A stretch of DNA of 62,953 nucleotides, the filler included, from Octopus bimaculoides (lineage: Eukaryota), in the NCBI RefSeq assembly GCF_001194135.2. It is 6 parts of 5 records of this genome, joined end to end, with 100 filler letters (N's around TTAATTAATTAA, not from the genome) between each part and the next. Parts side by side here need not be neighbours in the genome. Positions count along the whole stretch, not along the records: positions 1 to 25,031 come from NC_068985.1; 5 more parts are not named here. One strand, written 5' to 3'. A program made the translations under genes and the position numbers. Below are positions 1-13,055 of the stretch, one piece after another; positions within the stretch are counted from its first letter, which is position 1, and each line of letters starts with the position of its first letter. A model generated the notes under the pieces. That model had not been told where the DNA came from. It saw nothing but the letters and a program-made list of their open reading frames with translations, and made no database searches.

Positions 1-61
1 AGTGAGAGAGGGGGGAGTACGAGAGAAGAGAGTGAGAGAGAGTAAGAGAGAGGAGAGAAAG

Positions 62-345
62 AGTAGGGGTGAAGAGAAGTGGGAGTGAAGAGAAGTAGGA
101 AGAGAAGTAGGAGTGAAGAGAAGTAGAAGTGAAGAGAAGTAGGAGTGAAGAGAAGTAGGAGTGAAGAGAAGTAGGAGTAAAGATAAGTAGGAGTGAAGAG
201 AAGTAGGAGTGAAGAGAAGTAGGAAGAGAAATGGGAAGAGAAGTAGGAGTTAAGAGAAGTAGGAATGCAGAGAAGTAGGAAGAGAAGTAGGAGTGAAGGG
301 AAGTAGGAGTGAAGAGAGGTGAAGTGACGTACAAAGAAGTAGGAG
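62..345 (+). repeat. Purine-rich minisatellite, ~16-nt unit GAGTGAAGAGAAGTAG
   Basis: Imperfect tandem copies read directly, merging into a GA-rich tract up to 414. Confidence 0.9.
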
Positions 346-414
346 TCGGAGCAGGAGGGGAGGGGGAGATGGGTGGTAGGAGGGAGAGTGGGGGAGAGAG
401 GCAGGAGGAGGGGG

Positions 415-755
415 TTAGATGAAGAGGGGAGGGAAGTTGAGCCCATGTGGCGCAAAGGAGCGAAGAGAGAAGATTAATCCCTGTTCACGGCGAAAACGGA
501 AGTCCGGATGGCCCCTGTACATGGACAATCCAAATACGGAGAGGTGTTGCTGCAAGGAATAGCCGGCAGAACGGAAGTGGCGTGACACCGGGGTGTCATT
601 GCCAACGTTGATGTCTCGGCGGTGTTCCGTGAATCGGTCGGCCAGGCGGCGCCCCGTTTGTCCGATGTACAGAGAATGGCAGAGAGAGTAGGAGATGCAA
701 TAGATGATGTTGGTAGAAGTGCAGGTGAAGGGGTCGGTGATGCGAAAGGGTCGGT
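415..755 (-). pseudogene. PLE C-terminal GIY-YIG endonuclease fragment (5' part lost in N gap)
   Basis: FTCTSTNIIYCISYSLCHSLYIGQTGRRLADRFTEHRR...PVSRHF...FRREQGLIFSLRSFAPHGLN has the IIY/YIG/R/H pattern typical of PLE endonucleases. The frame is open to the stop at 415. Confidence 0.85.
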
Positions 756-1501
756 NNNNNNNNNNNNNNNNNNNNNNNNNNNNNNNNNNNNNNNNNNNNN
801 NNNNNNNNNNNNNNNNNNNNNNNNNNNNNNNNNNNNNNNNNNNNNNNNNNNNNNNNNNNNNNNNNNNNNNNNNNNNNNNNNNNNNNNNNNNNNNNNNNNN
901 NNNNNNNNNNNNNNNNNNNNNNNNNNNNNNNNNNNNNNNNNNNNNNNNNNNNNNNNNNNNNNNNNNNNNNNNNNNNNNNNNNNNNNNNNNNNNNNNNNNN
1001 NNNNNNNNNNNNNNNNNNNNNNNNNNNNNNNNNNNNNNNNNNNNNNNNNNNNNNNNNNNNATATATATATATATATATATAATTATATATACATATATAC
1101 ACGCTGATATCGAACAGTAAGTATGAGTGCTCAACACCGCATGGTGGAGAAATATTCTTTATTTGTAAGTTAACAAGGCTACCAATATTTGCACGGGAAT
1201 GTTGGTACTCGTCTACATTTTGGATGTGTATATATATGGGAAAATGGAGAACAAAAAAGGCAGGACAATTACCACAAGTCATTTAGAATATTTAATAAAT
1301 ACTTTTCCTCTAACATATATCTACTGACTCGGAAGACTGCTACTGTTACATAGCTCCATCCTCAGCTCTGTACTCGGAACTGGACGGATGACCATTTATA
1401 GCACATACACAACGTACTTATTCGTTTAGATCACAAGAGAACTAAATCTCTCATATTCTCTCTCCTTCTCTGTATGTGTCTGTCTGTCTCTCCCTCCCTC
1501 T

Positions 1502-1532
<31 letters not shown>

Positions 1533-1668
1533 NNNNNNNNNNNNNNNNNNNNNNNNNNNNNNNNNNNNNNNNNNNNNNNNNNNNNNNNNNNNNNNNNNNN
1601 NNNNNNNNNNNNNNNNNNNNNNNNNNNNNNNNNNNNNNNNNNNNNNNNNNNNNNNNNNNNNNNNNNNN

Positions 1669-1719
1669 TCCTAAGGTATTTTTCGATGTTTTTGTTGTTG
1701 TTGTTGTTATTATTATTAC

Positions 1720-1766
<47 letters not shown>

Positions 1767-1852
1767 TTATTATTATTATTCAGGTCACTGCCAGGAATCG
1801 AACTCGGAATCTTGGGGTTAGTAGCCCGCGGAGTTAACCACTACGCCATATA
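1669..1852 (-). mobile_element. PLE1 terminal module copy (tRNA-like head + (AAT)n; remainder in gap)
   Basis: Reverse complement reads TGGCGTAGTGGTTAACTCCGCGGGCTACTAACCCCAAGATTCCGAGTTCGATTCCTGGCAGTGACCTG-(AAT)n-AACATCGAAAAATACCTTAGGA, matching 48248-48360. Confidence 0.9.
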
Positions 1853-3010
1853 TCCCTACGTATATGTGGAGCTTAAGTGATAATTTTAATTTACTCCAAA
1901 ATACACACGATGAACGAAGATACGTAGATAATTGATGCTACATAATTAATATGTAATAACGTCAAATCCTTCTTTCTCTTATGCAACAAAAATCAAGTGT
2001 CTAATTGGAATTTTCTTCTTTCTTATTACCAATGTTGAGAACCCCTAGCTTCTTCCAGCAGGTTGTTCTACAAATGGTCCAGTGTAGCACATTGCTCTCA
2101 AAATATTTTTCCTTTCTCCTACTTTATGCGTGCACTACAGCCGTCTTGTATTTCATCGATTTTATATAGGATTATAGTTCTGTAGATCTTAAATTCTTAG
2201 ATCTGAAATTTCACATAATATCCCTTATAGGTTTTGTGAATACACCTGGTCAAATTGATATTTTAGTATCGTGCTGTCCCTTTTGAGGTTAAAATGTTAT
2301 TGTTTACAGCTATTTCATTTAGCTGCAAGTTTTGCTTATTTTACAACGTTAGATTTAATGGTTTATGTACTTTAAGAGATTTAGATAAAACCGAATGTTT
2401 AAGAAGATTGTTTCGCAATCAAACGTTACACTTTTGACTTCAGTGTATGAAATTTTATTCATGTCTCAATTAGCACAACATTAAATTGGCTATGCACTTT
2501 TGAATGAAATTGTAAGATAGAATCTCGGCGGGAAGAGATAGCACAGCTAGAATCTGTAATGGAAAACAGGAAATTTTTCTTACACTTTAATATAAAGATA
2601 CTCACCGAAAAAGAAGTTAACCAAATACCAGTCTCTAGAAAGCTCAGTCGGTAGCAACACTCGTACTTCGAGTAGGTAATTCGACAGCGGAAATTCAATT
2701 GTAAATAACTGCGAAACCAACGTTTGTCTATACTTTCTAGGTATTAATCAAGGTTATAAAGTTAGAATACTTATAAATAAACGTTGAATGTTTTTCCATC
2801 TGAATTGTTATAATAACGTAAAATTACTCATTTCACGTGGGGCGTTGTGAGGAATCGATTGCTTGTTTCTAAATTTTCATTTTGATATTCAAGTAACTTT
2901 GAACAATTACGATGTTCTGAATACTTTTGTGCACCTTAATATTTCTGGGGTAATTTATTTTCCCGTCTCACCTTTTGTACTGACAGCTCGAATATCATAT
3001 TTGTTTTCTT

Positions 3011-3187
3011 TATTTATATTTGACGGATATTCGTCCTCATCTTGTTTGATATTAACACAAGTTTCGGCTGATATACTCTCCAGTCTTCAACAAGTGTCTT
3101 GGGAAATTTCGAACCTGGGCATATGGCGTAGTGGTTAAGAGCGCGGGCTACTAACCGCAAGATTCCGAGTTTGGTTCCAGGCAGTGA

Positions 3188-3253
<66 letters not shown>

Positions 3254-3270
3254 TAATAATAATAATAATA
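3011..3270. mobile_element. PLE1 terminal module: inverted HHR-bearing tail (3011-3119) + forward tRNA head and (AAT)n
   Basis: Direct similarity to 47221-47335 and 48248-48340. The HHR core at 3054-3098 (-) is mutated. Confidence 0.9.
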
Positions 3271-3476
3271 AGGAATATAAGAGACGCCAAGACAATATAG
3301 CCATGCTTTCCTGTCGACACTCTGCAACAAGTATGGACTTAACATAGCAAAAAAACTGGTACGACCACAAGCCGGAAGGCATCGTCGAAAATAGAATTGC
3401 AATGATCCTATGGGATTTTAGGATTCAGTGCGACCATGAGATAGAGAATAGGAAGCCAGCCATAGTCTTAATTGAG
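3270..3476 (+). pseudogene. R4/Dong-like non-LTR retrotransposon fragment (zinc knuckle/RLE region)
   Basis: With frameshifts reads KEYKRRQDNIA...LCNKYGLNIAKK/WYDHKPEGIVENRIAMILWDFRIQCDHEIENRKPAIVLIE, matching the RHD...WY.H.P..V.EN...ILWDF.IQ.D.....R.PD motif of RLE LINEs. Confidence 0.8.
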
Positions 3477-4127
3477 ACATTTTGCCAGCTCACCGTCTAA
3501 AATTAACTTTACATATTATTCTATATTTTAAAATTTGGGTTGAGCGTTAGTTTCTATGTATTGAAACAAACTTCAACGTTATTACTTAAAAGAATATATC
3601 GCTAAAAGACACTAAAATCACATTTCGTATTTTCATACTTCTAGTTCAGAATCACTTATTCTTATAACTACAATAGCAATCATTGCCTTTGGTGCTCTGA
3701 TCGACGCTAAATAAATTGCTATGGGCTAGAATCATATGTAGTTGTGCGAGTTCTGCGACGTATTAAAAAAACAACACTAATATTGATGTTTTAATATAAA
3801 AGGAGATTATTAAATATTCCACGAAGTTTAATTACCAGCGTATGACATATTCGTAAATATTTCATAATGTTAATATCATAGTAATTTAGATGCTATATTT
3901 TCTCAAATATGTTCCATAAAATTGATGTTGAATCTTGTTAGGTTGTCGAATTGATGTCGGCATTATGATAAACATCAAATTTGGAATATCTAATGTCAGT
4001 CATAACATTGAAAAATAATGTAATTGTAGCGGGAATAAAATTTGCTTTTTCTAAATCCAAAAGTTAAAATCCCTTCGTAATAGTGTTAACAATGGCGACA
4101 TTGACATTAGATTACTTAGAAAAAAAC

Positions 4128-4270
4128 AGCAAGTTGACAGATTTGTTAACACACCGAGCATAATGCTTAGCCGTAATTCGTCCCCTTTACGGTCTGAATT
4201 GGTTTTTCATTTCGTCCGTCTTTACGCTCCAGTTCGACTTTCGTCCTTTCGTCCTTTCGTCGATAAAATA
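4128..4270 (+). mobile_element. Degenerate SINE family B copy
   Basis: Loose match to 62628-62760 (ATGCTTAGC.GTA.TTCGTC...TTCGACTTT...CCTTTCG..GTCGATAAA). Confidence 0.55.
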
Positions 4271-4519
4271 ATTATTAATCGACTTAAATTCTCCATCGAA
4301 TTCAAACATGCCTTTCAACCTGTTTAAAAAAAACAGCAAAGTAACGGTCAAATATTGGCATCGATAAAATCAATTTACCGCCTCCACCAAAACTTGTCGG
4401 CGTTCTGCCAAAATTTTGAACAACCGATAAAATTATTAATGTCTTTGGCATGATAAATATTGACATGTCACAATTTCAGATTATTAAGTGATTTTATGGA
4501 AATTTTTCTGTATTATTAG

Positions 4520-4660
4520 CGTACAAGTGGCTGAGCACTCCACAAACACACGTACCCATAACGTAGTTCTAAGAGAGAGTCAGCTGACACAGAATATGGA
4601 GAGGCTAGTCCTTTGAAATACAGATATTACTCATTTTCGTCAGGTCTGTAGACTGGGCTA
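4520..4660 (-). mobile_element. SINE F/C-type body and tail fragment
   Basis: CAAGTGGCTGAGCACTCCACA.ACAC..GTACCC.TAACGTAGTTCT matches 41510-41560. Confidence 0.75.
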
Positions 4661-4712
4661 CTGGGAAATGAAATGTTTTACTGAAGGAGACAACGTGCTG
4701 TAGGCTGCTGCA

Positions 4713-4766
<54 letters not shown>

Positions 4767-4853
4767 AATTCAAATAACAAAGATATAAAATAATTAATCG
4801 TGAGGACATGCACAAACAATATATTAATTTCACGCTCGGTGGAAGGAGTTGCT

Positions 4854-4880
4854 AACGTTTCGAGCATAGCTCTTCGTCGG
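4854..4880 (-). ncRNA. Variant hammerhead-like core (U4C), probably a decayed PLE terminal repeat
   Basis: Minus strand reads CCGACGA-A-GAGC(TAT)GCTC-GAAAC-GTT. Stem II is perfect; stem I is not convincing. Confidence 0.45.
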
Positions 4881-5635
4881 ATAGAAGAAAGTCTACAGAG
4901 AAAGAAGGAAGAATGAGGGGAAATATCCAACAATCCACGTGCGGTTAGATTACGTATATGTGTGTATACGGAGAGGGAGAGCGCGATCGAGAGAGAGAAG
5001 GTGTGTTAAAGAGAGTGAGAAAGAGCGAGAGAGAATGTGTACATGTGTGTGTGTGTGTGCATGAGAGAGAAGGAAACAACAACACATCCATGAAATTTGA
5101 ATAAGCTATATATTGAGGTATCTAATCAATATATTTTTGTATGAACACATACGTTACTCACACACGCAGTCTACACATATAGACAGACACACACACATAC
5201 ACGCGCACACACACACAAACACACATATACACACACATATATATGTGATGGACAGAGACACACATACAGACATGTAAAACTGTTACTGCGGTAGAACTGA
5301 ACAGGCAGAACTGAAAGCAATGGATGCAATTTATAAGGCAGAAGTAACTATTGACACGTGTTGTTCATTTATATTTAGTTATGCATTATAAAATGCAGTA
5401 TAAGATGGACACAAACGAAAATAATAGAAGGAAGGGAGGGTGAAAATGAAGGAACATGATAATAGAATGAAAGCGTGGCCATTGAAACGAGAAGAAGCAG
5501 TCATGTTGAGAACTTTTAAGAGGCGCAATTGCTTTAAATATAAGAATAAAATATACCATGATAAACAACTTTTTCTTTTTAAACTGAGAAAAAATATAGA
5601 ATAAATAATCATTTTCATTTTAAGCACAAGACCTT

Positions 5636-6004
5636 GAAACTTTTTTGGGGAAGGGGGCTAGTCAATTACAACGACTCCAGTGCGTAACTGGTATTTAACT
5701 AACTCATCGACACCGAAAGGATGAAAGGCAGAGTCAGCCTCAGCGGAATCTGAACTCAAAACATAGCGGCTGGTGAAATAAATACACCATTAATAATTAC
5801 TGCCGCCTTAAATATACCATTAATAATTACTTCGAATTTTGGCTCAAAGACAAATAATATGCTTTCTACTTTAGGAACAAGGCCTGAAAGTTTGGGGAAT
5901 GGGGATTGTCGATTACATTGACCTCAGTGCTCAACTGGTATTTAATTCATTGACCCCGAAACGATAAACGACAAAGTTGACCTCGGCGGAATTTGAACTC
6001 AGAA
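5636..6004 (-). mobile_element. Two adjacent SINE B copies (5636-5780, 5826-6004)
   Basis: Both carry AACTGGTATTTAA...GAC(A/C)CCGAAA.GAT.AA.G.CA.AGT...CCTC.GCGGAAT.TGAACTCA, the reverse complement of the family B core. Confidence 0.85.
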
Positions 6005-6621
6005 TATAATATTATTAATAATATCAACATAGAAACGTCTGCGTGTTTCACTGAGATGATCGCTTTGCACCTATGTGGATTTAGATACAGTCTACGCACG
6101 TGACATCTGGCGCATTTGGCTTTGAATATAACCCCAGGATAATCAATGCATTATAGACTGAAACTGCGTGGAAGCCGTTTGTATATATGGATTCTATGTA
6201 TGTGTGTATCAGGCGGGTACCATCAGTAATTAATGAGGGTAGGCAGTTGGTGAACTTTATGTAGTAAAACACACAAAAAGTGAGCGAAACAGGGACGCGC
6301 GATTGAATTGGCGGCAGGTTTACTTCTGCCTTTAATACACGTAAAGAAAATTGTGTTGTAGGAGTGTACGCAGCATGCGCACTACAGCAGTTCTATTCGT
6401 AGCTTAATACTGAGATTGAAAAGCAGGGCGAATTATGCGTACCTAATCTACAAAAATATATATTTTGCGTTTTATACATAGTAATCAGAGAAATCTTCAA
6501 AAATTTTATTCAATTAGATACATATTTTGCTATAAAAGGAAAATGTTGCTATCGATCTATTTTATTCAAGGTAGGCACTGCCTACCTTGCCTACCTAGGC
6601 GGCACATGTGTTTGTGTGTGT

Positions 6622-6730
6622 GTCTTTCTGTTTGTCGGCACCCACTACTTGTTAACCAGCGTTGAATTGTTTATGTTCCTGTAACCTAGCAGTTCGGCCA
6701 AATTGGTTGATAGAATAAGTATCAGACGTA
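6622..6730 (+). mobile_element. SINE A 3' fragment
   Basis: GTAACCTAGCAGTTCGGC...GATAGAATAAGTA matches 29600-29645. Confidence 0.7.
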
Positions 6731-7250
6731 AAACTAAACGCAAATCTCTATTTATTTGAGTAAAGACATCCAGGTGAAGACAAACCATGGCCATTGTCCA
6801 AATGACTGCAGGAAATATAAGAGATAAAAGATGAAATTCGTTATTGTCTGCGACAGTCAAATTTTATAGAAATCTAATTAAACCAAGTTTTCCAGAAAAG
6901 ACTTGTGACCGACATTAATGAGAGCGGTTTGTTAAAAAATCAGAAGAAATAGAAATATGTTGCAATCGTTGAACTGCAGACACGCTGGGAAAATGTTTTT
7001 AATGCTTCAAATGTATTGGCTGGCTGTCAAATCTGGGTACTCGCAGGCCAAGCGAGCATTTTACCACTAAACTATTAATGTACACACCTTTGAAAATTCT
7101 CAGTTATTAAAAGATTTATGAAATAGATTTAAAATGGTCGATTTACTATTAAAAAGGAATCAAAAGATATGGAAGTGATGTTTGCAAAGATATTTGTAAA
7201 ATGGTTTTACTTATATGAAATAGAATATGTTGCATGACAATAATACATTA

Positions 7251-7522
7251 TTTATATTATTTATAATTGACGGATATTTGTCCTCATTCTGTTCGTTGTT
7301 AACACAACGTTTCGGCTGATATACCCTCTAGCCTTCATCAGGTGTCTTGGGGAAATTTTGAACCTGGGTTCTCATTCCTAAGGTATTTTTCGTTGTTGTT
7401 ATTATTATTATTATTATCTTTATTATTAACCAATACGCCACATAGCCATAGGCATATGGCGTAGTCGTTGAGAGCGCGGGCTACTAAACCCAAGATTCCG
7501 AGTTCAATTCCAGGCAGTGACT

Positions 7523-7576
<54 letters not shown>

Positions 7577-7619
7577 GTAACACCAACATCGAAAAATACC
7601 TTACGAATGAGAACCCAGG
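7251..7619. mobile_element. PLE1 terminal module: inverted tail (7251-7430) + forward head, (AAT)n and start of tail running into gap
   Basis: Near-identical to 47221-47360 and 48248-48375. Confidence 0.92.
7301..7346 (-). ncRNA. Minimal type I hammerhead ribozyme (PLE1 family)
   Basis: GACAC-CUGAUGA-A-GGCU...AGCC-GAAAC-GUU-GUGUU with intact core. Confidence 0.75.
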
Positions 7620-8243
7620 NNNNNNNNNNNNNNNNNNNNNNNNNNNNNNNNNNNNNNNNNNNNNNNNNNNNNNNNNNNNNNNNNNNNNNNNNNNNNNNNN
7701 NNNNNNNNNNNNNNNNNNNNNNNNNNNNNNNNNNNNNNNNNNNNNNNNNNNNNNNNNNNNNNNNNNNNNNNNNNNNNNNNNNNNNNNNNNNNNNNNNNNN
7801 NNNNNNNNNNNNNNNNNNNNNNNNNNNNNNNNNNNNNNNNNNNNNNNNNNNNNNNNNNNNNNNNNNNNNNNNNNNNNNNNNNNNNNNNNNNNNNNNNNNN
7901 NNNNNNNNNNNNNNNNNNNNNNNNNNNNNNNNNNNNNNNNNNNNNNNNNNNNNNNNNNNNNNNNNNNNNNNNNNNNNNNNNNNNNNNNNNNNNNNNNNNN
8001 NNNNNNNNNNNNNNNNNNNNNNNNNNNNNNNNNNNNNNNNNNNNNNNNNNNNNNNNNNNNNNNNNNNNNNNNNNNNNNNNNNNNNNNNNNNNNNNNNNNN
8101 NNNNNNNNNNNNNNNNNNNNNNNNNNNNNNNNNNNNNNNNNNNNNNNNNNNNNNNNNNNNNNNNNNNNNNNNNNNNNNNNNNNNNNNNNNNNNNNNNNNN
8201 NNNNNNNNNNNNNNNNNNNNNNNNNNNNNNNNNNNNNNNNNNN

Positions 8244-8299
<56 letters not shown>

Positions 8300-9582
8300 T
8301 TTGTGCTCACACGTTTCAGCCAGTAGAATATCGAGGGCATGGCAGCCAAAACAAGAGAAGGCCGAGGAGACTCGAAAAATACGAAATGACGTAAGTTACT
8401 CAATGTAATATCATGAATTGTCTGGCGAAGATATCAAATCAAACTTCTTGCGCGCAAGAATTTGACACCCGAAATACACGTTGATATGGGTGTATTGATT
8501 CCTTAATAATGATGAAATTTATATACAAGGTCAACATAACCGAAGCACAATGTCATTTTGCCAATGTCAAAATTAATTTCCAGGGAAGAAAATTATTTAT
8601 GGTTATTGCCTTGTTAATATTTTCTTAACACGTCAAAGAAATATTCTTTGGAGTAAATCATAATAGTAAGTTATGTGTAACACGAAATGCTTCGTATTCT
8701 ATTTCCAACAAAAGTCACTTTTTTAGACAGCATTCATACGATTTCCTACATTTATTTTAATTAATTACGAACAATATGATAAAAACATGACGCATTTCTA
8801 AAAGACCACTTAATAAATTTAGATAAGTGCTTTTCCAATCGTCTTCTGTGTGATAGCATTGAATATATCACCTCCTCCTCCCTCCGTTTTACTTCGCGTA
8901 AATAAATAACCAATGGAATAAAAATCTGAGGGAGAACAGGGAATTTGAATTAAGGGAATCGTTGTATAGATACGCAAAAAAAAAATATCAATTGAAAAGG
9001 AAATGCGTGGACAGGAAGTGAAGTAATACATTTACACATTCGTACATGTGTATGTATGTATATANNNNNNNNNNNNNNNNNNNNNNNNNNNNNNNNNNNN
9101 NCGTGTGTGTGTGTGTGTGTGTGTGTACGTATATGTGCTTGTATGTATATATATATATATATATTTATTTATACATATGTGGTTATGGTATATTCTGTTA
9201 AGAACGCAGTACAGTACAAAATAAAGATAAAGCTAGTCCACCTTCAGATTTCACCCTGTACTATCCAGTAGTAGTATTATACGCACTTCCAGGTTAGCGT
9301 TTGGGCATCTATCGTGTGTGATTAGATGACTGAAAAAAATTGGAGCCAACAAGAAATACGATTTGACATATATTTTCAAACACTACAATTCTTTCTAAGC
9401 AACGTATCTCACCAGGCGTGCAGGTAATTTATTATGCACCCTTCCCTATAAACGCTGTATTATTTAATCAAATCACAAATAAAATGATGCGAGATACAAT
9501 ACAACTCCAAACGAATTTCTTTCCATTCGATTTAAATATCGATTGTTGTAAGGTATAAGATGGTGAAGAACTATAATTTCCT

Positions 9583-9908
9583 TCATCTTGGGGTTTGTAG
9601 CCTACGCTTTTAACCACTACGACATATGCTCGTGGGCGTAGTGGTTTAGAGCGCGGGCTACTACTCCAAGATTCCGAGTTCGATTCCAAGCAGTGACCTG
9701 AACAATGATAATAATAATAATAATAACATCAAAAATAGTTTAGGAATGAGAACCCAGGTTCGAAATTTCACCAAGACACCTGATGAGGGATGGCGGGTAT
9801 ATCAGCCGAAACGTTGTGTTAACAAAAAACAAAATGAGGACATATATCCGTCAAATGTAAATAATGTAAATAATGTACATAATTCCTCCTCTCTCAAATA
9901 TAGTACTG
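9583..9908 (+). mobile_element. Complete ORF-less PLE1 terminal module (9628-9908), preceded by an inverted copy of its own head (9583-9625)
   Basis: A box, B box (GAGTTCGATTCC), (AAT)n, HHR at 9775-9820 with a stem II mismatch, and end motif CTCTCAAATATAGTACTGT. Confidence 0.92.
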
Positions 9909-11091
9909 TATGAAACCTCTTGTTATCATACTGTATTTTTACATTGGTGTTAGTAATAACACACATACACACACACATACACACACACACACACACACGC
10001 ACACACACACACACACAGACACACACACGCACAGGCGCACGCACTCACACTTAGGTGCGCAGATTCGCAGCATCTTTTCTACCATAAACATTGATGTCTC
10101 ACATGTCGATAGGTGACAAGGGGTCTAGCTACATTTGTATTTATGCTTTTATGAATCTGCTTACGTATTTATCACTATGTTTCTATGGCTCTCTATGCGG
10201 TGATTAATATTTTGATTTTTGTTTTTTACTGTGCTGAAAAAGTATCTATTGCTGATATTAACCAGTCACTCTAATATACACAGGAAAAGTGAAAAAAAAA
10301 AAAAAAAAACCTGTTAATAGTTTCTTTTTTTTTTTATTGGTTATGTATATCATTTTCCTGTTTTCAGTTACCACGTATCTCTTCCTTTGGGTATACATTA
10401 TTGAAAAGATGTGTTCACATTCACACATTTAATTATCATGATTCATATTACCAAAAGAATGTTTCCTGTGTATGATGAATAAATATTTCTGTATATATAT
10501 AATACATCTATTTAGCATCTGCCTACGAATATAATATGTTCAGCTAGAACACTTTTTTTTTATTTTCTCAGTTGCAGTTTTTTTTTTTTTTATGATTGTG
10601 AGGCTGAAGGTCAAAATTACTGGCGACAATCTAAATAACATATATGTCTTTGCTGTTTTCATATTTCATAGTAATCTATTATTATTCAGTTGAAGAAGGA
10701 GGATGTGGCGTTCCCCTAGTGGCAACCGTCGTTGTAGCAACATATGTTGCTTGACATACAGTAATATGTAATAAGACTCCCGAACGAACACATCCACGCA
10801 GAAAATTATACAATGCTTCGGGAATCTTTATTTTATCGTCTATATTGAGTACATATTTCAGGAAACCATTCACGTAACGTGTAATAAGAACCAGAAGCGT
10901 ATAATAATTAACTACGGGATATTTACGGTTTATATGCTAATGTACTTGTGTCGTATTAGAAATAAATAAGGCAAAGGAAGAATACGCAAATTAGTATTCA
11001 AATTGTAATGTATAATGAACTTTATGAGAATACCGAATAAATGGCTCTTCATGTCTATATATGTGTATGAGTGAGTGAATGTGTGTGTGTG

Positions 11092-11142
<51 letters not shown>

Positions 11143-12426
11143 GAGATGTATTATATCAGTTGTGCTTTGAATCACATCTACATTTCCTCGCTGTCCAGCT
11201 GAGTAAATTTAATATAATCGATTTCCCTCCTTGTAATAACAAGTTAGTGGATTGCACAAGGATATGTTCTGCTATTTGCCCTCAATAAAATGCTTCAAAA
11301 TGAGTTCATATGGTAGTGCCCCAAATTGCCATTAAGTGTTATAATTGATTAAAACTTATACAATGTTATAATATTATATGTCATGTAACGAATTCTTCAC
11401 ATGAATAATCTTTGGTTTCCGAAGATACTAGAAGACCAGTAATTAAATCAAATTTTCAAATAAGGAAACAAAGTGAATGAACATTCATGTTCGTTGCGAA
11501 TGATGAGAACTCAGGAGCTATTATTATGTAACACAGAGTTCATCTTTCTCATTTATTCTCCCACAAACCATAAATTTTTGCCTTGAAAACTTTGCCTCAA
11601 AGGAAGTAGGTAACACAATAATAATAAATGTTTGCTCTTAATATATTATCAATTACTGTAATACAGGAATTAAACAATCATTATCTACACATTTTTTTTT
11701 ATCAGCTGCCTTCTCTCTATCACTTCATGTAATTAGATCTGTATACTGCATTCGCTTTTATCGCTGCTTCAGCGGATTTGATTTTCCCAGTGAAAAGTTG
11801 CGCATCGCTTATGTCGAATACCATTTCTTTCATTGATATCAAAAGAATTCTGTTTCCTAAATATAACCTTCAGATTGCCAACGCACAAATTTTCTAATTT
11901 TATTCTATTTTACATCTAATATCGTTTAAATAATGAAGTTGACGTTTTTCAACGAGTATGTATTTATATTACCGCGTAAAATTTGAAGAAGACGCTGACT
12001 GGTTAACAGAAAAACATAACACATAGCACAAGAGTAAATATAATTTCCAGATCTGTAACAAAAGACGACTTATCTTAGTATTTCAATATATTTTCATGGG
12101 AATACATGACAACTTTTTCTTTCCTATCGTATTTTGCGCACAACCAAACACACACACGCACACACGCCCAAATGCATACAATCATAAGTACATACATGTG
12201 TGTGTGAGCGCGCGTGTGTAAGCATATATGTGTGCGTGTGTGGTTCAGGTGTGCGTGTGGGTGAAACTTCGTTGATATTTCAAGATCTCTAAGGAAATTA
12301 ATGGAAACTCCCATACATATACATGTATAAAATGATGCACACATACATACATATATCAACTTATACGGATATTCATAGGCATAAATCGGACAACGGCTGT
12401 ATTTCATAAATGTTGTATAATGTACA

Positions 12427-12462
<36 letters not shown>

Positions 12463-12899
12463 AATCTATAGAAATATATGTGTGTGTGCATATCTGTACG
12501 CGTGTTTGTGTGTGTGATCGTGTGTCTATCGTTTTGAATTCATTTAGGTTTACAGTGCACATGTTTTCTCGTATGGAAAAACATATATTCAAGAAAAGAA
12601 TTAATATATGTCTCCTCCATCCTCGTATGAAGTCTTTCTATATAAAACTTGCATCATCTGTGCCAGTAAAACTTTACCCTGCCAAGACACTATAAATCAG
12701 TTAATTAAATCCAAGACAATCTGTAAAGCTAAGAATAGTGTAGAAATATATTCGTACACAAAACACCTTTGATAGCAATCTAATGACCTTATCTCTATAT
12801 ATTTGGTTTCTGCAATTCTAGTGAATTAGCATTTTTTATATTTTACAACAGAACCAAAGACGAGAATATTTATAACAGTAATCATGAAAAATATCGATG

Positions 12900-13013
12900 G
12901 TTATAATAACAATAGTAATAATCATATCGATGAAGATAACGATAACGGTATTTACGACGGTGATGACAATGATGTTGATGATGACGACGATGATGATGAT
13001 AATAATGATGATG

Positions 13014-13055
<42 letters not shown>
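12900..13055 (+). repeat. Compound (GAT)n/(AAT)n microsatellite
   Basis: Read directly; it explains the poly-D/N/I ORFs here. Confidence 0.95.

Noticed and set aside
10688-10752. Possible terminal exon VEEGGCGVPLVATVVVATYVA*
   Set aside because: Only a weak acceptor and no homology; indistinguishable from chance.
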